Shown here piece after piece: positions 16,918 through 24,766 of a DNA stretch of 29,075 nucleotides. The notes under the pieces are model-generated. The model saw only the letters and a list, made by a program, of their open reading frames with translations, was not told where the DNA came from and made no database searches. The DNA is from a virus (taxonomy: Duplodnaviria; Caudoviricetes): positions 1 to 29,075 of the IMG/VR virus record IMGVR_UViG_3300029179_000024, one strand, 5' to 3'. The number at the start of each line of letters is the position of its first letter. The stretch's first letter is position 1. The position numbers and the translations under genes are program-made.

Positions 16918-18135
16918 TTAGTCTGAAATGACCATCTTCAACTCCCGAAAGAACTCATCTGAAATTCCCATCCGCAAATAATACGCTGGATGATACACTG
17001 TCTTGTAGTGAAACTTCATTCGCTTCAATTGTTCAGCTGCGACCTTTCCTAAGGCAATGATCTGTGCCTTCGGATTCTGCTTCACAATGCGTCCAAGTTC
17101 TCCATCCAATGATTGCACACATTCAAGATTCGTAATCGTTTGTTTACTCACATACAGACTCAGCTTATTCTCCACTGGACAGCATTTTACTGCATTCGTC
17201 ATATAGTATTTCACCGGATGAATGCACAACCGATCGAATGTCACTTGTAAGAGGTTGCCGCTACGATCATCATAAAAGGGGATACCGAGCTTTCCACACC
17301 CGTCTTGGCCCGGTGCTTCACCCACGAAAATGAAGTCAATATTATTGACGGCGCCGCATGGACCAGTCGGACGATGATGGTTTTGCGCGAACTTTGCGAT
17401 CGATGCATGGTCAACACCGAGCTTGCAGTCGCCTGCATTGTAGTCTTGGCAAGTATATGTGCCATCGATGAATCCTCTCTTCGGCTCCCATAACGTTTGA
17501 TCCGCATTAAAGAAAGTATGACTATACGAATCGGTAATGGTATGTTGATACGGCACCATCTTGACCCATGCTTTCACTCGACTTGTGATATACTTATTGC
17601 GTGCATCAAACGTTGGGTAATTCGCACAGTTGACATACAGTGTGCGTTTGACACCGAGTGATGCCACCACATCGACAAACCGTGTCGCGATCTTCTTGGC
17701 TTCCGTCCGGCGTTGATATTTCTTTTCTTCATCGCCTTTCTTTTCTATATTCAAACGTTGATACACTTCGCCATCAGTATAGAGTACGATGATACATACT
17801 CGATGCTTCACTGATTTGATCTTCTCAAGTAATGCAGTATGATATTTCTCATGATCGTACTGCCCTGTCCGATACATTGGACCATAGACGTCTTCACCAA
17901 TGATCGACCGATCCCAAATCTCTAACCCATCCTCAACCTCTATCGCTCGAATCACATTCTTGAGATAGTTGAGCTGATACGTCAACGCAGCTTTCCCTTC
18001 ACCGAGCGGTGGTCCACAATGCACAACACGAGGCTGTGTCGCATTCTGCATATACGTTAATTCTTTTTGCAGATGTTTTGCAAGGTAGGACTTCCCGAGA
18101 TTGTCTGGACCTTCGATAATGATCACTTGCTTCAC
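16918..18135 (-). CDS. Fusion: P-loop dNMP kinase (N-terminal) + family-4-like uracil-DNA glycosylase (C-terminal)
   Basis: IIIEGPDNLGKS and WDRS...E.VYG; then FVGEAPG, GIPF...SG.LL, TNAVKC.P, IIALGKVA, YHPAY; GTG start after AAGGAGG. Confidence 0.85.
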   Translation of the reverse strand: MKQVIIIEGPDNLGKSYLAKHLQKELTYMQNATQPRVVHCGPPLGEGKAALTYQLNYLKNVIRAIEVEDGLEIWDRSIIGEDVYGPMYRTGQYDHEKYHTALLEKIKSVKHRVCIIVLYTDGEVYQRLNIEKKGDEEKKYQRRTEAKKIATRFVDVVASLGVKRTLYVNCANYPTFDARNKYITSRVKAWVKMVPYQHTITDSYSHTFFNADQTLWEPKRGFIDGTYTCQDYNAGDCKLGVDHASIAKFAQNHHRPTGPCGAVNNIDFIFVGEAPGQDGCGKLGIPFYDDRSGNLLQVTFDRLCIHPVKYYMTNAVKCCPVENKLSLYVSKQTITNLECVQSLDGELGRIVKQNPKAQIIALGKVAAEQLKRMKFHYKTVYHPAYYLRMGISDEFFRELKMVISD

Positions 18136-18179
18136 ACGATGCCTCCTTGAAAGTGAAATGATCTCTCGTAACATCAATC

Positions 18180-18233
18180 ATTATATCACAAGATTTAATG
18201 GTTGACATCAATAATAGATCAATTTACACTTTC
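18180..18233 (-). promoter_or_regulatory. Promoter of the modification operon, with a repeated 16-bp box
   Basis: Extended -10 TGTGATATAAT (18180-18190); upstream GAAAGTGTAAATTGAT identical to 26788-26803. Confidence 0.6.
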
Positions 18234-18247
18234 AATCGGCTCTTCGC

Positions 18248-19048
18248 TTATTTTTTCTTGATCACTGTTGCGAGTGTCTTTTGCAACTGATCTTCCGTCA
18301 CTGCATATTGCGACAAGAGCTCTCTCGTCAGATACCACCAGGCCTTCAAGAGATCTTCTGTCTCCACATTCTTATGCTCATGACGTGCAATGTACTTCAC
18401 CGCATTGCCCAGGTTAAAATTCAGCTGCCAGGCCTCAATCGCGTCAATGACTTCAACCGCACCGGCATTATAATGTGAGGGATGATGTATCGTGTCGAAT
18501 GTCCCAAATGCCTCTGACGCGACCTTCTTCTTTTTCTCATCCAATGGTGGCTGTTGCTCACCAAGTGTTGTTTGATCTGATGGATAGCCGACCAATGCAC
18601 CTTTGCCATTACATGCTTCGCACTCGGCTATCTTATGTCGTACACCATCTCCATACCGGCCTTTTCCTTTACATTTTGGACATTGTATGTACTGCAACAT
18701 TTCCGTCATTCCTGGTGATGTCATGTCTGATGCTCCTTTTGTTGTGATATTCATGCCCCCTCGACCCTCGCATATTGGACAACACGCGCCATTCACAATG
18801 TGATTCCCGAGATATCCTTTTCCATGACAGTTCGTACATTGTACATACTGTATCGCATCTGTACGCCCAGATTGGACCGTCATTGTCACATCTCCTATTT
18901 CAATACTTGTTTGAATACTCCCACTTCCTCTGCACCTTGCACATTCCGACGCTTCCATATACTCACCGCTCCCATGCCATCCTTTTCCCTTACATTCAGG
19001 ACATTGTTCAAACCATGGGATCCCAGTATTATGCATGCCAGTCACCAT
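18248..19048 (-). CDS. DnaJ-type Zn-finger repeats fused to a DUF3310-like (T7 gp1.7-related) domain
   Basis: Six CxxCxGxG motifs; C-terminal HPSHY...EVID.I...FNLGNAVKYIAR..HK...EDLLKAWWYL. Confidence 0.8.
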   Translation of the reverse strand: MVTGMHNTGIPWFEQCPECKGKGWHGSGEYMEASECARCRGSGSIQTSIEIGDVTMTVQSGRTDAIQYVQCTNCHGKGYLGNHIVNGACCPICEGRGGMNITTKGASDMTSPGMTEMLQYIQCPKCKGKGRYGDGVRHKIAECEACNGKGALVGYPSDQTTLGEQQPPLDEKKKKVASEAFGTFDTIHHPSHYNAGAVEVIDAIEAWQLNFNLGNAVKYIARHEHKNVETEDLLKAWWYLTRELLSQYAVTEDQLQKTLATVIKKK

Positions 19049-19262
19049 TCATAATGATCGGGGCGTCAAGGAGCATTACAATGCCCACATTCTTTGCATT
19101 CACGCGATCGATCGCATCTTGCAAGTTGTTGATGCGCTCAACTGTTGGATTACTTCGACATCGATGCCATTGATGATCGATTTCTATCAGGTCTGGATCA
19201 AATGGATGCTCCGCTACGTATTCTCGCAACTCTTGATCAACATAAATGCGAAGAATCAGCAT
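19029..19262 (-). CDS. Hypothetical protein (77 aa)
   Basis: AGGA RBS; tiles with neighbours. Confidence 0.6.
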   Translation of the reverse strand: MLILRIYVDQELREYVAEHPFDPDLIEIDHQWHRCRSNPTVERINNLQDAIDRVNAKNVGIVMLLDAPIIMNGDWHA

Positions 19263-19269
19263 ATCCTAC

Positions 19270-19593
19270 TCACAATCTCTTGATATGAATTCCAGCAAGG
19301 AAGTACTCTGTCATCGGCTTTATCTTGCACTTCCTCTCTTCATAGAACACCTTAAAGTCCTCTAACGTTCGCTCTTCATCAAAGAGATAGCGCGCATCGT
19401 GAACATCAAGTTCAAGCCATGCCATGGCGTCTTTAAATGCTCTCGACGGTTCAAGAGGATACCCCGCCATTCTTTGCGCCCATCCTGCAAGGCTATGTTT
19501 GGTCCCACATTCTGAGTGACAGACCGTTTGGGTAAACGTCTCTGGATGTGCAATGATCTGTGCGATAATTTTTCTGAAGTTGTCGATATTCAT
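19270..19593 (-). CDS. Hypothetical protein, CGTxx(C/S)xAGW motif family
   Basis: ECGTKHSLAGWA...WLEL...ARYLF. Confidence 0.65.
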   Translation of the reverse strand: MNIDNFRKIIAQIIAHPETFTQTVCHSECGTKHSLAGWAQRMAGYPLEPSRAFKDAMAWLELDVHDARYLFDEERTLEDFKVFYEERKCKIKPMTEYFLAGIHIKRL

Positions 19594-19877
19594 TTCCGCT
19601 TCTCTTCTAGACCTCCATCAAAGATGGGATCGCCTTTCACACCTTCACATTGCAACTTGGCCAGTGCTCGTTCTGTTGCTGGCACCCACACGTTATCCTC
19701 TTCGCGATACATATAAATGAAGATGTCCATCAATTGCGGACTACTTTTTGACGTCACCGTCACAATCTCTTCACTCATCCTCGGTATTGAGTGCTCCTTT
19801 TCAGTATGCGCCATCCCATACATACTTGTACTCAACATCCCACTGACGAGTCCGATACTCAGATACAGATATTTCAT
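19590..19877 (-). CDS. Hypothetical protein with signal-peptide-like N-terminus
   Basis: GGAGG RBS before MKYLYLSIGLVSGML; ATGA overlaps at both ends. Confidence 0.6.
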   Translation of the reverse strand: MKYLYLSIGLVSGMLSTSMYGMAHTEKEHSIPRMSEEIVTVTSKSSPQLMDIFIYMYREEDNVWVPATERALAKLQCEGVKGDPIFDGGLEEKRK

Positions 19878-20077
19878 GCCATTCCCTCCAATGGTTGTAA
19901 TGCGAGACATTCCTTACACGTCACATCCTCCCACGACTCACACATGACAAATGTGTCTTCTTGGCAGCGACAAACCGTCTCGGAGTCGTCCTCATCAGAT
20001 CCGTCAACTTGTTTATGCCAGGCGAATCGCTCCAACATCTCTTTGATTTGTTGCTGCATTTCATCAAGATTCGCCAT
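19874..20077 (-). CDS. Small Cys-containing hypothetical protein
   Basis: AAGGAGGT RBS before MANLDE; CRC...WEDVTCKEC. Confidence 0.6.
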   Translation of the reverse strand: MANLDEMQQQIKEMLERFAWHKQVDGSDEDDSETVCRCQEDTFVMCESWEDVTCKECLALQPLEGMA

Positions 20078-20244
20078 TAGACCTCCTTGATTGTTGCTGA
20101 CACGACAGACAGTGTATGATACCGCTGCATGGTACAACAGACAGGACAATAGATATGCCAATACCGATCCCGATCCGTCTTCCACATTTCAGGATCAAAG
20201 AGCACCATCTTGCATTGGATACACGCAATGAGTGATTGTTCCAT
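20077..20244 (-). CDS. Small Zn-ribbon protein
   Basis: CIQC...YCPVC; stop overlaps the next ATG. Confidence 0.55.
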   Translation of the reverse strand: MEQSLIACIQCKMVLFDPEMWKTDRDRYWHIYCPVCCTMQRYHTLSVVSATIKEV

Positions 20245-20264
20245 CTTAGTCCCTCTATCTTTCA

Positions 20265-20921
20265 TTACCGCATCTTTTTGAGATTTTCTGCCTGTGTCGC
20301 TCCAGGTTCGATATCTTCATACAAGACGGGAATCTTCTGCTGAAACTCTTCAAGCAACGGGATCGCGACTTGTCGCATTTGTGGATGCGCCTCTCGCGTC
20401 GTTCGCATGAGAAAGAAGTGTCGCCAATTGCGCAAGTTGTATGTGACAATAATTCTTGATGCTAACGCATTTGGAAACACTGCTCGTGCAATTTGCGGTG
20501 TTGTCCCAATGTCGATGAGCTGTTTATAGGCATCTTCTGCATATGAAATGCTATTCATCAATATCACTGTTTGGTCAGCCGTCAACTCTAGAGGAATAAC
20601 AAACGTCGGTGGCATTTTCTTTTCATAATTCACAAACCGTGTGGATTCTTGGGTATACGCACCAAGACGATGTCGCACCCATTCATGTGTAATTCCTCTA
20701 TCAACGATCGCATCAACTGACACTGACGCATGTTCAGTAATCGACCAATCGCCTTTTCCTACGACAACTGCGCGGATGAACCGCTCCCATGATTGTTCCG
20801 TCTGGGCATCTTCAGAGCGATGTGAGATGCGCCCACACCATTCAACATGCCGTAAGAGCACAATCCCATCAGCCACTGTCGGCACATTCAACATCTTTGC
20901 AGATGGATGAATAATTTCCAT
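20265..20921 (-). CDS. thyX: Flavin-dependent thymidylate synthase
   Basis: SITEH, R...HE.VRHR-x7-S (RHRLGAYTQESTR), ARAVFP, NLRNWRHF..MR, AHPQMR. Confidence 0.93.
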   Translation of the reverse strand: MEIIHPSAKMLNVPTVADGIVLLRHVEWCGRISHRSEDAQTEQSWERFIRAVVVGKGDWSITEHASVSVDAIVDRGITHEWVRHRLGAYTQESTRFVNYEKKMPPTFVIPLELTADQTVILMNSISYAEDAYKQLIDIGTTPQIARAVFPNALASRIIVTYNLRNWRHFFLMRTTREAHPQMRQVAIPLLEEFQQKIPVLYEDIEPGATQAENLKKMR

Positions 20922-20950
20922 GTTATCTCCCTCTTCTTCTTACATTCCCC

Positions 20951-21121
20951 TCAATTGACTGTTACGGATCTGATTGTCACAGTCCCGCCAGTAAAGACAG
21001 TCATTCGAATGGCAAAAATCATCTCATCATTCAAATGCGCTTCCACATTGCCTGCATCGAATTCGAAGATATCTTCACACATATTGGCTTTGTTGCGACA
21101 TTCAATCCGGATGATCAACAT
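20951..21121 (-). CDS. Hypothetical protein (56 aa)
   Basis: GAAGG RBS; TAATG coupling. Confidence 0.5.
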   Translation of the reverse strand: MLIIRIECRNKANMCEDIFEFDAGNVEAHLNDEMIFAIRMTVFTGGTVTIRSVTVN

Positions 21122-21303
21122 TATTGACCTTCTTTTTCTTTCAACTCGTATTTCTTTACCAACCACTCAATGAACACTTCGATGATCATACGTTCCCCTG
21201 CCGTCACAGGTTGCACTTCTCCCCGCTCCACCCGTCGCTCCCAATTGGCCATGAACTTTTCTAAGACTCTCTCAGTTAACGTCTCTCGAATCCGTTTCTT
21301 CAT
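21121..21303 (-). CDS. Hypothetical protein (60 aa)
   Basis: TAATG coupling at both ends. Confidence 0.6.
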   Translation of the reverse strand: MKKRIRETLTERVLEKFMANWERRVERGEVQPVTAGERMIIEVFIEWLVKKYELKEKEGQ

Positions 21304-21578
21304 TAGTGATTCCCCAATTTGACATCCACCACTCGTTCTCCCGCAGCCTCAATGACTCGTCTCCCATGCTCATCAAGTACGTGCTGACAACAATCAAGCA
21401 ATGCATGCCCAAGTTGTGTCGCTGTTGTTAATGACAATGTGTATTCTCTTGACACGAGTGCTCGTTCACCATCAACAATCGGTCGCATGGTCATAATCAC
21501 TGTTGCGGGCGCTTTGAACCCAAGATCGATCTGTAACCGTTGTTCATGGACTTTTTCTTGTTCCACAGTGCCCTCCAT
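21303..21578 (-). CDS. Hypothetical protein (91 aa)
   Basis: GGGAG RBS; TAATG coupling. Confidence 0.6.
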   Translation of the reverse strand: MEGTVEQEKVHEQRLQIDLGFKAPATVIMTMRPIVDGERALVSREYTLSLTTATQLGHALLDCCQHVLDEHGRRVIEAAGERVVDVKLGNH

Positions 21579-22021
21579 TAACTCCCATGCTGCGTGATAC
21601 GATCAGTCAACTCTTCTAGCTGATCATAGCCATAGACGCCGTCAAAGAGGCCATACATCGCATCCCATTCACCATTGACGAGCATCCCAAACACATACAC
21701 ATGTTTCTTTTTCCCTTTGGCATAGCCGGCTTCAATGTGTGCTGAATTCCCACTTGGGAGCACTAGGATGACGATATCAGCCTTTTCGAGTTGCTCTTTA
21801 TTAAGCGCACAAATCCGTTGGATAAGGTCATTGCGTAATGCCGACTGCGCTGTTAAATATTTCGCTTTCTCATCATTCCAAATGATGGTGCTTAACTGAC
21901 TCGCTTCTTCCACGATATCACAAAAGACATATGCGGTATGCCCACAGCTGCGTAACCGCTGGCCAACCATCCGGCAAATGAGTTTTTGTTTTCGTGAGCC
22001 TGCTACATAGACATTCATCAT
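21578..22021 (-). CDS. Nucleoside 2-deoxyribosyltransferase-like / nucleotide N-hydrolase
   Basis: VYVAGS, ADIVILVLPSGNSAHIEAGYAKG (catalytic Glu motif). Confidence 0.78.
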   Translation of the reverse strand: MMNVYVAGSRKQKLICRMVGQRLRSCGHTAYVFCDIVEEASQLSTIIWNDEKAKYLTAQSALRNDLIQRICALNKEQLEKADIVILVLPSGNSAHIEAGYAKGKKKHVYVFGMLVNGEWDAMYGLFDGVYGYDQLEELTDRITQHGS

Positions 22022-22029
22022 TCACCTCT

Positions 22030-22476
22030 TTAAATGACAATCACACACCGTCGTCCAAGATGTGTTTCAAGCATCGGGCGTACATCTGTCCACGCTAATC
22101 TCCCATTTCCGCACCCAACTTTCGGCACATACACGCGTGTTAATTTATTGAGCTCTATGAGCTGATTCAACTGTCCACATGAGCGACGGATAAGATCGAG
22201 ATCAGCTTTACACGTCCAATCATTTTTCGTAGGGAACGTCACGACCTTATACTCTTGAAAATAATACGGAACATTTCCACTGACCCTCAGTTTTACACCG
22301 AGCTTCTGTGGGAGCTCACGACACCGTTTCGCAGCTTCAAGTGCCAATCCTTTTCCCATCACCGCATCACCATTATTCTTCACGGTCCCGTTTGTCGGAA
22401 TCGCGATCGCTTCATGTTCATCGAGTGATGTATACAGTTCCCACAGATCACCCTTTATTGTGCCTTCTTTTCCCAT
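22030..22476 (-). CDS. Macrodomain ADP-ribosyl hydrolase, DarG/TARG1-like
   Basis: KGDLW, IPTN...VMGKGLA, TFPTK..W, VPKVGCGNGRLAW..V. Confidence 0.88.
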   Translation of the reverse strand: MGKEGTIKGDLWELYTSLDEHEAIAIPTNGTVKNNGDAVMGKGLALEAAKRCRELPQKLGVKLRVSGNVPYYFQEYKVVTFPTKNDWTCKADLDLIRRSCGQLNQLIELNKLTRVYVPKVGCGNGRLAWTDVRPMLETHLGRRCVIVI

Positions 22477-22607
22477 GTCTCGACAACTCCTATGAGCTTT
22501 TCAATCGTCTGGCGCAAATGATCATTACTCTTCCGGAGCAACTCCACTTGCACTTTCAACCCATTCATTTCTTTTTCAACACCTTGCAATCCATCAAACA
22601 TGCCCAT
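22455..22607 (-). CDS. Small coiled-coil protein (50 aa)
   Basis: Read manually: MGMFDGLQGVEKEMNGLKVQVELLRKSNDHLRQTIEKL...; AGGAGG upstream. Confidence 0.55.
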   Translation of the reverse strand: MGMFDGLQGVEKEMNGLKVQVELLRKSNDHLRQTIEKLIGVVETWEKKAQ

Positions 22608-22618
22608 GCCATTTCCTC

Positions 22619-22867
22619 CTATGTTGTTGTTGTTGTTGGCGGTAGTTGCGTCCCAACTGTAACACCTTGGCGATCGAGATCTGTAAAGAAAATTCCGATG
22701 ATCTTTCGCCCTTCTTTCTGGAGCTTCTGAATTTTCTGGTTGAGATACTTCAAATCGACCTCAAGCTTTGAATGCGAGAGCGTCTCAGGATGTTGAATGA
22801 TAATGCTTACGACTGATAGTATCCGCATCTCACGTGGTGGAGGGAATACTGGTTTCTGCCGCCCCAT
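22619..22867 (-). CDS. Hypothetical protein
   Basis: AAGGAG RBS before MGRQK. Confidence 0.6.
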   Translation of the reverse strand: MGRQKPVFPPPREMRILSVVSIIIQHPETLSHSKLEVDLKYLNQKIQKLQKEGRKIIGIFFTDLDRQGVTVGTQLPPTTTTT

Positions 22868-22878
22868 GTGATCTCCTT

Positions 22879-23508
22879 TCACATCGTGAGTTTTTGTAAT
22901 GCCACTTGGACCGCTTTTGCTTGGACATAGGCATCATAGAGTGCATGATGTTTTTGCTCATGAAAGACGGCTGGATACGGGCTTGCATTGAATCGTCGCT
23001 CATAGAGTTCAAAGAGCGTTCTCGTATCTCGCATTTGGCGAAACGGACACAGCTCATTCATCGTTATCTTGTCGCCCATCACCAACGACCATTTCTCCGC
23101 GATATGTACACAATCATACGTGACGCCATGCGACCAGAGTCGCCGCTTACTTTTGTCAGGTTCTTGTGTCGTGATCCATTGCAGTAACGTGGAAAACGCA
23201 TAATGGACTGGCACTCGATCAAGACTCGCAAGCATCGTCAAGAACTTATCGATGCGATCACTCTTCAACCACCAGACGACGGTCTCACCATCCATCTCCA
23301 ACCCAAGATCCTTCTGTGACACGATATCGACCGGCATGTAGAGGATTGGCTTCCCCAACTCAGTTGCCAATTTATAGTCGCTCTCATTTGGCACCGGCAC
23401 ATCCCCATGTTGTGTGAAGGCAATTGCGCCAATGGCCAGGATGATACCTCTGCGCGTGTCATTACTGATGGTCTCAATGTCAAGCATAATATGTGTGAGA
23501 TCATTCAT
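22879..23508 (-). CDS. DEDDh 3'-5' exonuclease (Rv2179c / exo VIII N-terminal-like)
   Basis: MLDIET, IGA..F, TV.WW, WSHG..YD, RDTRT, HHALYDA..QA. Confidence 0.85.
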   Translation of the reverse strand: MNDLTHIMLDIETISNDTRRGIILAIGAIAFTQHGDVPVPNESDYKLATELGKPILYMPVDIVSQKDLGLEMDGETVVWWLKSDRIDKFLTMLASLDRVPVHYAFSTLLQWITTQEPDKSKRRLWSHGVTYDCVHIAEKWSLVMGDKITMNELCPFRQMRDTRTLFELYERRFNASPYPAVFHEQKHHALYDAYVQAKAVQVALQKLTM

Positions 23509-23774
23509 CGCGGTGTCCTTGTCTTCTTCAGTTCTTCCATCAATGTCTCCGCTTCGGCGATCGTAATCAATGAACATTTGATTGGCGATGTTGCTGGATT
23601 TGCCACATCCATCACTTCCAATCTCAACGTAAACTTCGAGAGTTCAACCATCTGTTCATGTGTGATGATCATCTCCCGTCCCGGCGTAATACTGAGGTAC
23701 TGCTTCAAACACATATCGATAATCATCCGCTGTGGATCGAGCACTTGCTGTTGTGGTGCGTGTTTCGCTGTCAT
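23505..23774 (-). CDS. Hypothetical protein
   Basis: GAGGAG RBS; ATGA overlaps. Confidence 0.55.
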   Translation of the reverse strand: MTAKHAPQQQVLDPQRMIIDMCLKQYLSITPGREMIITHEQMVELSKFTLRLEVMDVANPATSPIKCSLITIAEAETLMEELKKTRTPR

Positions 23775-24010
23775 GCCATCTCCTCTTTCATACATTGACA
23801 TCTTGTGGGGATTACCTGAAACCACGTCACCCAATGTCGCGGTGCAATGTTCGCATGTTTGCCATGCACATACACATCGTAACCACCAAGCGGTTCAGGT
23901 GCGGGTCGAACCGTCACTTGTCGTATCGTCTTCATTTCCTCCTGTGCGAGTCGATGAATTTGCTGATATTGGCAATATGCACATTGTGTGGCATCGATGC
24001 GTGTTGTCAT
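23771..24010 (-). CDS. Hypothetical Cys-containing protein
   Basis: CAYC...CQC; GAGGA RBS. Confidence 0.55.
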   Translation of the reverse strand: MTTRIDATQCAYCQYQQIHRLAQEEMKTIRQVTVRPAPEPLGGYDVYVHGKHANIAPRHWVTWFQVIPTRCQCMKEEMA

Positions 24011-24033
24011 TATCGTCCTCATGTATTGCATCG

Positions 24034-24216
24034 TCAAACTTTTCTGGTGAATGCCATGGTATCTTCTCGTGTCCGGCCTTCACGATCGATCCATTTCACG
24101 CTGATATGGCCTGACGTCTCACTCATATGCACATACTCGAGGCGTTGATACCGTGCATCCTTTTTCAGCAACGCTTGATGTACGAACTTTCGCACGGCCA
24201 TTTCAAACGGCTGCAT
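24034..24216 (-). CDS. Hypothetical protein (60 aa)
   Basis: GGAGGA RBS upstream. Confidence 0.5.
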   Translation of the reverse strand: MQPFEMAVRKFVHQALLKKDARYQRLEYVHMSETSGHISVKWIDREGRTREDTMAFTRKV

Positions 24217-24766
24217 GTGTCACGTCCTCCTTCCGTATGACGTTGTCTACTGTCTGCTCCCATACGATTTGCGCTTCCAATTCTTGACAGCGTTGTTCAG
24301 CATACACGATGAGTGAGACACATCGTTCACATGCAATCTCCCAGTCCGTCATCCTCTTATACTTGCCACGCTGTTCTTCCTCTGTGCGCGCTGAAAACGG
24401 TGACAAGAATCGCGTATATCCAGCACCTTCTCTCATCGTAAATCCAAACCCAATGTATTCATTCAAACTTGCGAATGTATTGCTCGTTTCTGTTTGTTGT
24501 TGTTGTGCGAGCATGCGTTGGACATCTGGCATCGTGACCATCCACCCGGCTAAGCAACCAACCGTTTGACACGGTGCCTGCTCCATCCCAACTGCCGAAA
24601 GATGTTGCTGGACAATCATCTCAGCTTCAGTGTCAGACATTCCTTTCACATCAACAAATATCGATAAATCCACACGCTGTTGCGGCACGCGTAACATATG
24701 TTCAAGAAGATCCCGTCGTCTCTGAAGATACGTCTGCCATTTGGTTAATAGTTGCTGTGTTGTCAT
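24203..24766 (-). CDS. Hypothetical protein, tandem paralog A (CxTxxCLAGW family)
   Basis: AAGGAGGAG RBS before MTTQQ; aligns end to end with the adjacent upstream gene. Confidence 0.75.
   Translation of the reverse strand: MTTQQLLTKWQTYLQRRRDLLEHMLRVPQQRVDLSIFVDVKGMSDTEAEMIVQQHLSAVGMEQAPCQTVGCLAGWMVTMPDVQRMLAQQQQTETSNTFASLNEYIGFGFTMREGAGYTRFLSPFSARTEEEQRGKYKRMTDWEIACERCVSLIVYAEQRCQELEAQIVWEQTVDNVIRKEDVTHAAV

Noticed and set aside
18248-19048. DnaJ chaperone
   Set aside because: Only the CxxCxGxG repeats are present; there is no HPD-containing J-domain
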